Shown: in pieces, positions 21,119-32,016 of the stretch
How the letters are laid out: the number at the start of each line of letters is the position of its first letter
Numbering within the stretch: the first letter of the stretch is position 1
Assembly (NCBI GenBank): GCA_963740085.1
Contig: CAVUCU010000001.1
Location: 448,001 to 512,000, forward strand
Direction: 5' to 3'
DNA length: 64,000 bases
DNA from: Nitrospirota bacterium
Lineage (GTDB): Bacteria > Nitrospirota > UBA9217
Made by a program: the position numbers and the translations under genes
Notes under the pieces: generated by a model
Told to the model about the DNA's origin: nothing
The model's database searches: none
Seen by the model: the letters and a program-made list of their open reading frames with translations, nothing else

Positions 21119-22002
21119 ACTGTCCTCTTTGCAAAAAAAACGACTATAATGAATGGGGCAGGGTTGGGAAATATACCATATTAATGTGCAAAAAGTGCGG
21201 ACTTGGCATAACAGCTCCCTTTCCAACGGAAAAAGAACTGACAGAATCAAACCAGAAAGTCTATCAGGTGGAGCAGCGAATAAAGACGTATCTTTCTCGC
21301 AGGAGCTATTTTGAGAAACGCTATCGAGACAACATAGCTCAAATAAAGCGTTTTAAACATCAAGGCAAGCTTCTCGACGTGGGATGCAACATCGGTCTAT
21401 TTCTAAATGTGGCTAGGGAAGAAGGTTTTTCTGTCATTGGGGTGGAGCTTAATAAAGGATGTGCTCAATATGGGATAAACAATTTCAAGCTCGATATTCG
21501 TTCCGACTATCTCGAAAATGTAGCTTTTGCCGATCAAAGCATTGATGTCGTCACATTATTCGACGTACTCGAACATGTTCCGGATATACATGGTTTTTTG
21601 ACCGAGATAAGAAGGGTTTTGAAAAAGGACGGACTAATAGTTGTTCAGTCACCGAACATCCAAAGCTTAATGGCCGCACTCACAAAGTCGAATTGGAGCT
21701 GGTTGACCCCACCAGATCATTTGTACCACTTTACTCCTGCGACTTTGAAGCTTTTATTAAAAGAACATGGTTGTGATATCAGACTATTGAATACCTGGGA
21801 GCCAGCTCAGGATTTCAGCGATAATTTAATTGTGGCATACATCCCCAGCCTCTTCATTCGCAGCTTGCTTTTAAAGATAAATCAGGCAACCCATATCCTT
21901 ACCTTTCCAATCCTCCTGATTCAGAGACTCTGGTGGCATAAGCAACGGGGCGGCCTTATAGAACTGTATGCTGTAAAGACGGGAGGGAACAATCATCCAT
22001 GA
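21115..22002 (+). CDS. Class I SAM-dependent methyltransferase
   Basis: CPLC...CKKC, LLDVGCNIG, DVLEH, PPDHLYHFT. Confidence 0.88.
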   Translation: MNCPLCKKNDYNEWGRVGKYTILMCKKCGLGITAPFPTEKELTESNQKVYQVEQRIKTYLSRRSYFEKRYRDNIAQIKRFKHQGKLLDVGCNIGLFLNVAREEGFSVIGVELNKGCAQYGINNFKLDIRSDYLENVAFADQSIDVVTLFDVLEHVPDIHGFLTEIRRVLKKDGLIVVQSPNIQSLMAALTKSNWSWLTPPDHLYHFTPATLKLLLKEHGCDIRLLNTWEPAQDFSDNLIVAYIPSLFIRSLLLKINQATHILTFPILLIQRLWWHKQRGGLIELYAVKTGGNNHP

Positions 22003-22835
22003 CAACAATATCAGCGGTCATACTTGCACGCAACGAAGAACATAACATACGCTACTGTCTGGAAACGCTCCGATGGTGCGATGAAATCGTTGTTGTTGAC
22101 ATGGACAGCACAGATAAAACTTCGGTGATTGCGAGAGAATTTACGGATAAAATATTCTTCCATGAAAAGATTCCGGCCTTTGACATTGCAAAAAATTTTG
22201 GGGTGGAAAAAACAACAGGTGAATGGATACTCTTAATCGATGCCGATGAAATGGTTCAGCGCTCTCTGGCAAGCCGGCTTCGGTCAATTGCCAAAGATGA
22301 CACCACGGACATAGTGGAAATTCCATTCAAACATTACATTCTCGGCGAATGTGTGCGGTACACCGGATGGGGATATACTCCCCTGCCCCGGTTTTTCCGA
22401 AAAGGCAAAATACTTTTTACCGAAACAATCCACGGTTATATGCATAAGGTCAAGGATGCGAAGGTTTTAAGACTTGAATCACGCGACGAAATGTGCATTT
22501 ATCATTTTAATTATAGTGACAGCACTCACTTCGTAGAGAAGCTGAACCGATATACCTCTGTAGAGGCGCGCCGTCTCTATGGAGATAAAGTTCCGTTTTC
22601 TTACATACAGCTAATATCTGCCGCACTGAAAGAATTTTTTGGGAGGTATTTTGCGGGGAAAGGATACAAAGAGGGCGCGCGAGGTTTTTCACTTTCTGTC
22701 ATGATGGCATTCTATCGAGCTCTCACTTATATTAAATTGTGGGAGATATACCAGTTCGAAGACGATCCGATCCCGGCACGATATGAGAAAATCCGGAAGA
22801 GGCTATTGACGGATTGGGGGTCAATAAAACCGTAA
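21999..22835 (+). CDS. Glycosyltransferase family 2
   Basis: NEEHNI, VVVD..STD, LIDADE, KLNRYTS.EA. Confidence 0.92.
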   Translation: MTTISAVILARNEEHNIRYCLETLRWCDEIVVVDMDSTDKTSVIAREFTDKIFFHEKIPAFDIAKNFGVEKTTGEWILLIDADEMVQRSLASRLRSIAKDDTTDIVEIPFKHYILGECVRYTGWGYTPLPRFFRKGKILFTETIHGYMHKVKDAKVLRLESRDEMCIYHFNYSDSTHFVEKLNRYTSVEARRLYGDKVPFSYIQLISAALKEFFGRYFAGKGYKEGARGFSLSVMMAFYRALTYIKLWEIYQFEDDPIPARYEKIRKRLLTDWGSIKP

Positions 22836-22836
22836 T

Positions 22837-23625
22837 ATGAAGTGCTGTATATGCGACAACGCTGATACGGCTCCCTATTTCACCTCTGGCAGCCATGTGT
22901 TTGAACAATGCACTCGCTGTGGGCTTGTGTTTGTCTCCAATTTTACGCAGGAAGGCATCTCTTATAAAGGCGACGAGTACTTTGTCCAAAAAAATGAGTA
23001 TGTACAGCGATGGGACGAATTTTGCTCACTGTTCGAACATCTGCTTGCTAAGGTCATGCGTTTCAAGCGGAATGGTGACTTTCTGGATGTAGGCGCTGGT
23101 GTCGGTACCTTAATGCATGTAGCCAAGAAGTATGGATTCACAACGTATGGGGTGGAAGTATCCGAGTGGGCATCTGCATACGCCAGGAACGAACGCGGAC
23201 TGAATCTTGTCACGGGAACGCTCGAGGACGCTTCGTACCCTGATGCTTTCTTCGATGTCATCGTCATCAATCACGTGCTTGAGCATGTGACTACCCCCAT
23301 TAAACTGCTGGACGAGGCGCATCGGATTCTGAAGAATGATGGGGTGCTAGTCGTGGGCGTACCGAATGTCGGCAGCATCATGGCCCGGATCATGCGGGAA
23401 AGGTGGCTCTCCCTGCGGCCAGAGGAGCATATCTGGCACTTCACTCCGAACACTCTTCGGCGCCTCCTGGACAGGGCCGGATTCCATGAGATATGGTTCG
23501 AGGCGCGAGATAACTATTCCGTTCAGGGTTGGGGCCCCAAAGATATTGCTCAGCGAATTATAAACTGGGTATCAGTCATTACGAATCGCTCTGAAGCCAT
23601 GCTCATAATTGCTAGCAAGAAATGA
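22837..23625 (+). CDS. Class I SAM-dependent methyltransferase
   Basis: CCIC...CTRC, LDVGAGVG, NHVLEH, PEEHIWHFT. Confidence 0.88.
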   Translation: MKCCICDNADTAPYFTSGSHVFEQCTRCGLVFVSNFTQEGISYKGDEYFVQKNEYVQRWDEFCSLFEHLLAKVMRFKRNGDFLDVGAGVGTLMHVAKKYGFTTYGVEVSEWASAYARNERGLNLVTGTLEDASYPDAFFDVIVINHVLEHVTTPIKLLDEAHRILKNDGVLVVGVPNVGSIMARIMRERWLSLRPEEHIWHFTPNTLRRLLDRAGFHEIWFEARDNYSVQGWGPKDIAQRIINWVSVITNRSEAMLIIASKK

Positions 23626-24632
23626 TCACCATGACGGATAAAGCCTATATACTTCTGCTGAATTGGAACGGATGGGCAGACACCATTGAGTGTCTAGAAT
23701 CCGTCTTTCGGAACAATTACCCGAATTACCAGGTGATCGTGTGTGATAACGATTCATCTGATAGCTCGCTTGATCATATAAAAGATTGGGCAAAGGGGAA
23801 CTTACAGGTTGCGATTGCAACCGACAATCCACTTTACGCACTGTCCTCCCCTCCGGTCGCGAAACCTATTCCCTATGCTGAGTACACGAGAAAACAGGCG
23901 GAGGCCGGCGGTGATGACAAGGCCAATAATGCCCGCTTGATCCTGATTCAAACGGGAAAGAATCTAGGTTTTGCCGGAGGCAACAATGCGGGCCTCAGAT
24001 ATGCGTTATCGCGCGATGATTTTCAGCATGTATGGCTGCTCAACAATGACACCGTGATCAAGGCAGATGCCCTCACCGCGCTCGTCGGAAGCATGCAGGA
24101 TGATACAGGTGCAGGCATGTGCGGTTCTACCCTGCCGTTTTATCACGACCCCGATATGATTTGGGCGTTGGGCGGAGCGAGCTATAATAAATGGCTTTGC
24201 AAAACCGAGTGCATTGGACTGCGTGAACCACTCTCCCGAACGATCAGCAAGGCCGAGATCGAACGCAGGATGGCTTATCTCGCCGGTGCTTCCATGCTCG
24301 TGTCCAAGGCATTTCTCCAAACCGTCGGCGTAATGAACGAGCGGTATTTTCTCTATTTTGAAGAGCTGGACTGGGCTTTGCGCGCGAAAGGCAGGTACAG
24401 GCTTATCTTTGCGCCGGACAGCATCGTCTACCACAAGGTTGGTGCAAGCATATTGAAAGGGACCAGCCGTGATACCAGTACAGCGGATTATTACATGTTC
24501 AGGAATTCACTGATCATCACGCTGAGCTATCATCCCCTGGCATTGCCGATCGTGCTGCCAAGGGTCCTGACACTCTACCTGTTCAGGCGACTCATGGCAT
24601 TTGCCAGTCGATTAGTCCACGGCCGTCAGTAA
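23622..24632 (+). CDS. Glycosyltransferase family 2 (rhamnosyltransferase-like)
   Basis: LNWNG..DTIECLES, NLGFAGGNN, LLNND, FLYFEELDW. Confidence 0.92.
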   Translation: MITMTDKAYILLLNWNGWADTIECLESVFRNNYPNYQVIVCDNDSSDSSLDHIKDWAKGNLQVAIATDNPLYALSSPPVAKPIPYAEYTRKQAEAGGDDKANNARLILIQTGKNLGFAGGNNAGLRYALSRDDFQHVWLLNNDTVIKADALTALVGSMQDDTGAGMCGSTLPFYHDPDMIWALGGASYNKWLCKTECIGLREPLSRTISKAEIERRMAYLAGASMLVSKAFLQTVGVMNERYFLYFEELDWALRAKGRYRLIFAPDSIVYHKVGASILKGTSRDTSTADYYMFRNSLIITLSYHPLALPIVLPRVLTLYLFRRLMAFASRLVHGRQ

Positions 24633-24649
24633 CGAAAGGAACAAAGGTC

Positions 24650-25363
24650 ATGGCTGCAGAAGTTCTTCAATCTGAGAACGACATTGAACGATCACGCGGC
24701 GAAATGATCTCCATGGGTATTGATTGCACAAGTCCGCGCTACCTGCAACTAGCGCGACAGTTCGGCCTTACCAAAAAACCCCTGATCGGAGATCGCCGCA
24801 AGAGCTGGGACATCCTGAAGACCATCAAGTTCATCCAGGGCTCCGTTGCGCCGCAGGCGCCGACCCTCGATATTGGCGCGTATGCCTCCGAGGTCCTGTG
24901 TGCCCTTCACCGTCTTGGCTATTCAAATCTGACAGGCGTGGACCTGAACCCGGACATTGCACGTATGCCCTATTCCGATTCGATCAAATACGTTCTCAGC
25001 GACTTTATGCGCATGCCGTTCCAGGACGCTTCATTCAAAGCGATCACGGCCATATCGGTTATCGAGCATGGCTATCAGGGAGATCGACTGCTGCTTGAAC
25101 TGTCCCGGGTATTGAAGCCCGGCGGACTCTTCATCGCCTCGGTCGATTACTGGCCCGACAAGATCGATACGACGGGCATCACGGCATTCGGCATGGATTG
25201 GCGCATCTTCTCCAAGGATGAGATCAAGGCATTTATGGATCGTGCGGCAGAATTTGGATTCTCGCCTGTCGGCGAAATGAGCTTGTCCGCCTCTGCCCCT
25301 CTCATTGCATGGCAGGGGAAACGATATACGTTTTGCTGGTTCGCGATCAGGAAACGTGCCTGA
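24650..25363 (+). CDS. Class I SAM-dependent methyltransferase
   Basis: LDIGA, ISVIEH, RVLKPGG. Confidence 0.85.
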   Translation: MAAEVLQSENDIERSRGEMISMGIDCTSPRYLQLARQFGLTKKPLIGDRRKSWDILKTIKFIQGSVAPQAPTLDIGAYASEVLCALHRLGYSNLTGVDLNPDIARMPYSDSIKYVLSDFMRMPFQDASFKAITAISVIEHGYQGDRLLLELSRVLKPGGLFIASVDYWPDKIDTTGITAFGMDWRIFSKDEIKAFMDRAAEFGFSPVGEMSLSASAPLIAWQGKRYTFCWFAIRKRA

Positions 25364-25416
25364 CCTTCGGACGAGTTGCCGATACTGGTGAATCTGCCGT
25401 GGTTATTGAGGATGTT

Positions 25417-26489
25417 ATGAAAGTATCGATGTTTACAACTTGGGATACGAAATGCGGCATTGCCGATTACTCCTGCCAATTCAAGGCGGCGCTCGAAAAG
25501 ACAGGAACCGCCGTAACAATTGTTCCGGTTGGCCGGAAAAAAGGTGCCTTCGACCTCATTCGTCTCGGCAAAATGATGAACGACGCGGATATCGCCCATA
25601 TCCAGCACGAGTTCTCTTTTTTTGCCAATGCCTTTATTCTTCGTTCGTTCGTCAACTGTTCCCTTTTCCTGCGTCAGATCAAGATCCCCACGGTGATTAC
25701 CATGCATGAGGTGGTGCCCATCGGTGAAAGACTCGGTAAATTTCCGTTCCTGCACCTGTACCGGATGATATTCTCTTCTGTTGACGTCATCACTGTCCAT
25801 ACGGAAAAACACCGAAGGACGATCCTGGAAATGGGGGTCAATGATGACAAGGTGAAGCTCATACCTATTCCCGTACCTGAAATAGAACCCCTCAGCAACA
25901 CGAAACAGCATGATAAAGAATTGCTTGGGGTTGACGGGAAGAAGGTGCTTACGGTTTTCGGATTTCTCAATAACAGAAAGGGATACGAGCTGGTCCTCGA
26001 TGCTCATGCAAGACCTTGATGACTGCGCTCTTTCTCATTGCCGGCGGCACTCATCCCAGAGACAAGTCCGGCTATGCGGAACAACTCATGAACAGGATCC
26101 GGAAGATGAAACTTGAGCAGAGAGTTATGATGCTGGGTTATCTGCCTGATTCTCAGATCGCAGCCGTCATGGGAGCAACAGATATCATCCTTGCCCCATT
26201 CCGTGACATGCCAGGATCAGCTTCCCTGAGCCTTGGCGTGGCTTATGGCAAGGCCGTTATAGGTTCCGATATAGAACAAATGAAGGAGTTGAAATCAAGG
26301 GGAATTGGTGCGGAACTCTTCCAGCTCGATAAAAAGGGAGACCTGCGGGAGAAAATAGTCGCGCTGACAGGCGACGCCCGGAGACAGTCTGAACTTGAAC
26401 AATTATCGAAGTCATATGCTGATAGATACAGCTACAGCAATACGGCAGTGAGGCTTGGGGAACTCTACGCCTCACTGCTGAAGAGTTGA
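25417..26489 (+). CDS. Glycosyltransferase family 4 (frameshifts near 26006-26027)
   Basis: CGIADYS, HIQHEF, FGF...KG.E, then DIILAPF..SASL..AYGKAVI in the next frame. Confidence 0.85.
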
Positions 26490-26531
26490 ACGCTGCATAG
26501 ATAATTAAATGCATCATCTATCGAGATTAAA

Positions 26532-27560
26532 ATGAGCAAGACTCTACTTTCCATCTGCATCCCGGTCTATAACTTCGGTGCCTTCATCGGCGAAACGCTG
26601 GCCAGCATCATCCCCCAGGTGACCGATGAGGTCGAGATCCTGGTCGTCGACGGGGCCTCAACGGACAATACCTCCGAGGTGATCGCGTCCATCCAACGGA
26701 CATTCCCGCGACTGCGCTATCACCGCCTTGAGAAGAAAGGCGGCATTGACCGCGACATGGCGAGGTCCGTGGAGCTGGCGCAGGGCGAGTATTGCTGGCT
26801 CTTCGGCGGCGACGACATCATGATGCCCGGCGCGATCGCAGATGTCTTGAAAGAGATCGGGCATGGCTGCGATGTGTTCATCTGCGAGTCCATCCTGTGC
26901 AATAAAGACATGCGGCCGATCGGGAAACACAACATATTCTCTCTCAGCGCGGACCGCGTGTTCGATCTGCACGATGAGGCCGACCGGAAAGACTATTTTG
27001 CGAGCGCCGAGAATACAGCCGCTTTTTTCAGTTTCTGCAGTTCCCTTGTCTTTAAAAGATCACGATGGGCCGCCCTCGAACTGGATGAGCGGCTTCGTGG
27101 GCTCCCACTGGGCCCACGTAGCCCGCTTTTTCAAAATGATCCCCGACGGTTTGCGCGTAAAGTATTTGCCCGAGCCGCACCTTTACAAACGGGGCGAGAA
27201 TGATTCGTTTCTCGGGCAAGGCCTGGTCAATCGTTATCGCATCACCATTGAGGGCTATGACAAACTCGCCAATACCTTCTTTGGCAAACAGAGTATGGAG
27301 GCGGCCCACATTCGTCGCACGATCAAGGCCGAACACAACCTCAAAAGCCTTTTGGACGCAAAGTTGATATGCCACCAGAGCGGCCTTCAGGCTGACATAG
27401 CGGTCCTTGATCGAATGGTCACCATACTCTATTTCGACCCGACTATTTTCGAACCGGGCAAGTTTGCTCATCTACCGGCATACGCCCTTTTTTGTTCTTG
27501 CCATTGCCAAGCCGATATACAGCTTTATGCAATCTTATATACCCGGAGTGAAATGAATAC
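26532..27560 (+). CDS. GT2, RfbV/WbaV-like dideoxyhexosyltransferase, copy 1 (frameshifts near 27090 and 27460; end approximate)
   Basis: LSICIPVYN, DGASTD, GEYCWLFGGDD, RGENDSF. Confidence 0.8.
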
Positions 27561-28545
27561 GATCCGGCTGTCCATATGCATTCCGACATATAACTTCGGC
27601 GCCTTTATCGGCGAGACGCTCGAAAGCGTCATCCGGCAGGCTACGGATGAAGTTGAGATCGTAGTCGTTGATGGCGCTTCCACGGACAACACGGCGGAGA
27701 TCGTCCGTGACTTTCAGAAGCGTTTCCCCCGACTGATCTACCATCTTCTCGATAAAAAAGGCGGCATTGACAAAGACATAGCCAAAACCGTGGAACTGGC
27801 GCACGGCGATTACTGCTGGCTGTTGTCGAGCGACGATGTTCTTAAAGACGGTGCGATAGACAGGATGCTCCGCGAGACAGCCGCGGGGCATGATGTTTAC
27901 TTATGCAATCGGACCGAATGCGACATAAACCTGAATCCGGTCTACAATCGCTCATGGCTTTCACGAAAGACAGATGATGCGGTATTTGACCTTTCCGTCA
28001 GATCCGATCTTCTTCACTATCTCAACGAGGCACAATCGATCGGCGCGCTCTTCAGCTATATGAGCGCCATTATTGTTCTCCGTAAAAAGTGGAATGAGCC
28101 GGGTTATAATGAAAGATTTACGGGTACGAACTACGCCCACGCATTCCGCCTGTTTACGATGCTTCTCAATGGCGGTAAATTGAAATACATAAAAGATCCT
28201 CTTGTGCTTAGTCGAGGAGAAAATGACAGCTTTCTGCAAAAGGGGGTTGTCCAGAGATTCCTGATCGACCTGAACGGATATCAGTTTTTGGGGTCTCATT
28301 TTTTTCACGACAACGAGACCCGGCAGGCCTTTCACGCCGTCATACGAAGAGAATTCAGATGGTATGTCTTTGCCGGCGTTCGAAGTGAGGCGGATAAAGA
28401 CGAATGGAATGCGATCGAGCGCACGTTGTTGTCCCTTGGTTATTCACGATCCTCATTGCGGATTGTCCGAATAATCGGGTCCTCGAGTCATATCGTTTGG
28501 CTGGCCCGGCGTCTCAGGGCGGCTTTTCGAAGACTTTTTAAATAA
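27553..28545 (+). CDS. GT2, RfbV/WbaV-like dideoxyhexosyltransferase, copy 2
   Basis: LSICIPTYN, GDYCWLLSSDD, SIGALFSYMS, RGENDSF..KG...R.LID match the Salmonella RfbV motif order. Confidence 0.85.
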   Translation: MNTIRLSICIPTYNFGAFIGETLESVIRQATDEVEIVVVDGASTDNTAEIVRDFQKRFPRLIYHLLDKKGGIDKDIAKTVELAHGDYCWLLSSDDVLKDGAIDRMLRETAAGHDVYLCNRTECDINLNPVYNRSWLSRKTDDAVFDLSVRSDLLHYLNEAQSIGALFSYMSAIIVLRKKWNEPGYNERFTGTNYAHAFRLFTMLLNGGKLKYIKDPLVLSRGENDSFLQKGVVQRFLIDLNGYQFLGSHFFHDNETRQAFHAVIRREFRWYVFAGVRSEADKDEWNAIERTLLSLGYSRSSLRIVRIIGSSSHIVWLARRLRAAFRRLFK

Positions 28546-28562
28546 AGTCTGGGAGCTTCATC

Positions 28563-28652
28563 CCGCGAAGTCGCAAAGTACGCTAAGAAAATATCGTTGT
28601 TATTATAGTTATTAATCATGCATCCCTTGCGTTCTTCGCGCCTTGGCGGTTC
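28563..28652. repeat. Hairpin element, CGCGAAG type (inverted relative to 16321)
   Basis: ccgcgaagtcgcaaagtacgctaag ... cttgcgttcttcgcgccttggcgg. Confidence 0.85.
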
Positions 28653-28718
28653 AAAAAGATAGCGCTTCCGGCCGGCCTGTTCGTCAGCGGTACTTGTCGA
28701 ATGGAGAGTGAAAATACT

Positions 28719-29872
28719 GTGAAAATAGGAATAAACGCGCTGTACCTGCTGCCGGGAAAGGTCGGCGGCTCGGAAACCTACATCAGAAGCCTGGTGCGGA
28801 GCCTGTTGGAAATTGACAGGGACAACACCTACGTCATCTTCATCAACAAGGAAAGCATCGGGATATTTCCCGGAATCAGATCCCCGTGTCAGGATCATCC
28901 TTTGTCCCATCAAGGCGACCAGTCGTCCGATACGAATTCTCTGGGAACAATTCATCCTGCCCTTTCAGGTCTTGCGCCACAAGATCGATGTCCTCCTGTC
29001 CGCGGGAATGACGTCCCCTTTTGTCTGCCCTGTTCCGTCGGTTCTCGTTATTTATCGATCTCCAGCATGTCAATCAGCCGCGGAATTTCTCCCGTCTGTA
29101 TCTCTTCTTTCTCAGGACCATCATCTATCTCAGCGCTAAGGCCTCTGATGGGATCATAACGATCTCCGAACAGGTTAAAAAGGACATCATACGATACTAC
29201 AAGATCGGGGCTGATAGAATCTCCGTCGCGCACCTGGCCGTCAACCATGAGCTGTTCTTCCCCATGAGCGGTGACATCCCGGCTCCTGTCAGGACAAAGT
29301 ACAATTTACCGGAACGCTATCTCCTCTATGCCGCTGCATTGCTGCCGCATAAAAACCATACAAGGCTTTTACCGGCGTTCAAAGAAGTAATCAGGGAAAT
29401 GCCCGGAACAAAACTGGTATTGACCGGCGCCTGGGACAAGGGACATGATGCGATGACCGGCTTGATATCGGAGTCAGGCCTTCAAAAAGACGTCGTCATG
29501 CTCGGGTGGGTCCCCTTCGCGGATATTCCCGGGCTTTATCGCGGCGCTGATCTGTTTGTGTATCCCACGCTTCATGAAGGTTTTGGCCTTCCCGTTCTCG
29601 AGGCAATGGCCAGCGGCGTACCGGTCGTGTGTTCCCGGATTGAACCGCTTATTGGGCTCGCGGGAAACGCGGCGATCCTGGTGGACCCGTACGATCAGGC
29701 TGATATTGCGAGGGGAATTTTATCTGTTCTCAGGGACAAGACCTTGCGGATGAAGCTTATTGAGGCAGGCGTTCTAAGGGCCAGGACATTTACCTGGGAA
29801 AAGACTGCACACGACACTTTGGATTTTTTGAGCGATAGGATGCCTCACGGAAAACCTGCGGGGCGGTCTTGA
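28719..29872 (+). CDS. Glycosyltransferase family 4 (frameshifts near 28870 and 29050)
   Basis: KIGINAL...GG.ETY, PHKN, EGFGLPVLEAMASG.PV, FTWE. Confidence 0.88.
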
Positions 29873-30020
29873 TGATCACGTAAAAGGCCATAACCTACCG
29901 CGGAGACACGGAGAAATGCATTCTGAGCGCAGCTACGAACGAATCTCGCCTTTTCAATACGATGATAGACCCTTCACTTCGTTCAGGGTGACACTTTCTG
30001 ACTTATTGCGAAACCCAGTC
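29869..30020. mobile_element. Wrapped composite element (CGTAAAAGG / GACTTATTGCG ends, half CGCGGAG arm, REP-like CTTCGYTCAG hairpin)
   Basis: ttgatgatcacgtaaaaggcc left end; cattctgagcgcag...gaatct / agacccttcacttcgttcagggtgac hairpin. Confidence 0.65.
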
Positions 30021-30038
30021 TTAGGCTCTATTCCTCTT

Positions 30039-31241
30039 TCACGCCGCTGATGTGTTCTTAAGCGAATGCCGAGCCTCCCACCAGTCAAAGAGCCTCTCGT
30101 ACGCGACGACAAACGCAAGGAAAAACCCGATCGACGGCATGTAGAGGCGATGCTCGAAGATAACGTCGATGATCGGCACAAAGCTCTGGACAGGCGACAG
30201 GCCGATATAGAACCAGGCTACGCCAAAAGGGATCAAGAGCCATCCCTTCTTCTTATAGAGCCAGAATGCCGCGCTCACGACCGCAATATGGCCCATGAAT
30301 GAGAGGATTGTCGGGAACTCGAACAATGTTTTTGCAATGGGATAGTCGTAATCAAGGTTCTGGTGGATCGGCAGGAACAGGAGCCTGATATAGGTCCAGA
30401 TAACGTTGAGAGAGGTGAGCCAGAAGGTTTTCGCCGTGATACCCGACGTTGTTGAAACATTAAATCCTATCCCGGCGCCCGATGTTTGACGCGGCAAAAA
30501 GATCAAGATGGCGAAATACGATCCCCCACGTAAGGCAGATTGCAAGGTAGAACATCCATCTCGAGACGACGAGTGCGAACCTTCCCTCGGCAATGAACAG
30601 ATAATCATAGAGCATCAGGAGCGCCGGCAGGGTCACTGCCCATTCCTTTGACCCCATGGCGAGGCCGCGGTAAGGAATGCGCCGACATAGTAGGATGCCT
30701 TCCCCGATCTTGCGCCTTTGATGAACAAGAGAAATGTCGCAAGGTAGAAGAATGTCGCCAGCAGTTCCGTACGGGTGATGATATAGGTTACCGCCTCGGT
30801 CTGAACGGGATGCACGGCAAACAGGAGCGCGCCGAACAAGGCCATCCTCGTGGCCTTTCCCCTGTATTTCGCCTTCAAAAGCGGCAGGTTCAGCGTCTGG
30901 AACATGAGCAGATAGACGAACATGCTGTTCGCGATATGCACTGCAATATTGAAAATATGATATCCGGTCACATTCAGCCCGCCCAACTGATAATTGAGCA
31001 TCAGACTCAGGAAAACGACAGGTCGGATGCCGCTAATTATGCCGAGGATATGGTCCGAAGTCATCCGTTTGATGGAAGGGTTTTCCACAATGGATGGGTT
31101 GTCGTCAAAATGAAAGCTCGAGGTAAAGGTATTGGAATACGCGATCAGGACCATTGCCGCGATGATAATAAAGGCAATGAGATTGAATCTCCTGCTCGAA
31201 AACAACTTATTCAGTTTCGACGTCGCCTGCGTAGCGGCCAT
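30039..31241 (-). CDS. Multi-pass GT-C/TMTC-like membrane protein (frameshifts near 30480 and 30660)
   Basis: YSN.F...FHFDD..SI, RP, HPVQTEAV.YI..R.E, SKE.A.TLP, QNLDYDYP, FEHRLYMPS; no TPR tail. Confidence 0.75.
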
Positions 31242-31313
31242 GTTCCTCCCTGTTCAACTTATGATGGCACGAATGAGATACTTGCTAAAAGAAAGAAAAT
31301 CTAATATTTATTT

Positions 31314-31395
31314 GCCACGGATGAACACTGATGGCCACGGATAAAGTCATTTTTTTTCTGTTTTCACTCCGTGTTAGTCCGTGGATATCCGTGGT
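31314..31395. repeat. Hairpin element, CACGGAT type
   Basis: gccacggatgaacactgatggccacgga ... tccgtgttagtccgtggatatccgtggt. Confidence 0.88.
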
Positions 31396-31485
31396 GAAAA
31401 GAATTTGTCGTTGGTTACGACCTGTTCGGGTCGAGATTGCACAAAAATTTAGCATGGATAGGGGCCAAAGTAAAGATTATTTTCC

Positions 31486-31675
31486 TAACCCGGACAAATC
31501 GAAGCCATCAATAAATTCATATTTACCACGGATGCACACTGATGAGCACGGAAAAGAATCTGAAGTTTGATAGATCCGTAAAAAGTCTTTTTAGCCACAA
31601 AATGCACATAAGGCACAGAATATTTAAAAGGCTTACCTATGTGCTCTCTGTGACTTATGTGGCAAATCTTGACTT
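31486..31675. mobile_element. Composite: TAACCCGGACAA head plus CACGGAT half-arm, interrupted by a CGTAAAAAGTC-wrapped CACAAA hairpin
   Basis: Head 31486-31507; half-arm 31525-31552; end 31566-31587; hairpin 31593-31663 homologous to 45825-45906. Confidence 0.72.
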
Positions 31676-32013
31676 CCTCCCTCCTGCATCTCCTGCCGCA
31701 ACAGTGCCAGTTCCTGGGCCAGTTGTTTGTTCTTTTCGGACAAGCCCGAGATGACCGAGGAAAAGTGCAGCGTGATCAGCAGAAGGAACAGGAAGGCAAG
31801 CAGAAAGAGGAACGAAGGCGGGTAATAGATGCCCACCAGGGACGATGCATAGTTGAGCAGTTTTCTTGATGAAGCGAAGATCAGCAGGATCGTTCCGGCG
31901 AAAAGCCAGAGCAGGGAATATTTTTCCTTTAACCGTCCCCGCCTGATCAATTCCACGATCACGATCAAACCCACCCCGCAGACCACAATGGCCATTATCT
32001 TCAACACGTCCAT
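31633..32013 (-). CDS. DUF2304 family membrane protein
   Basis: ELIRRGRLKEKYSLLW, GIYYPPS, LAQELALL. Confidence 0.88.
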   Translation of the reverse strand: MDVLKIMAIVVCGVGLIVIVELIRRGRLKEKYSLLWLFAGTILLIFASSRKLLNYASSLVGIYYPPSFLFLLAFLFLLLITLHFSSVISGLSEKNKQLAQELALLRQEMQEGGSQDLPHKSQRAHR

Positions 32014-32016
32014 GGT

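Noticed and set aside
26863-28545. 560 aa fused glycosyltransferase ORF
   Set aside because: Artefact of frameshifts joining part of GT copy 1 to copy 2, which has its own start at 27553.
25417-29872. Phase variation or pseudogenisation of the glycosyltransferases
   Set aside because: The breaks are not in homopolymer or SSR tracts, and the same kind of break affects mutS, so sequencing error is more likely.
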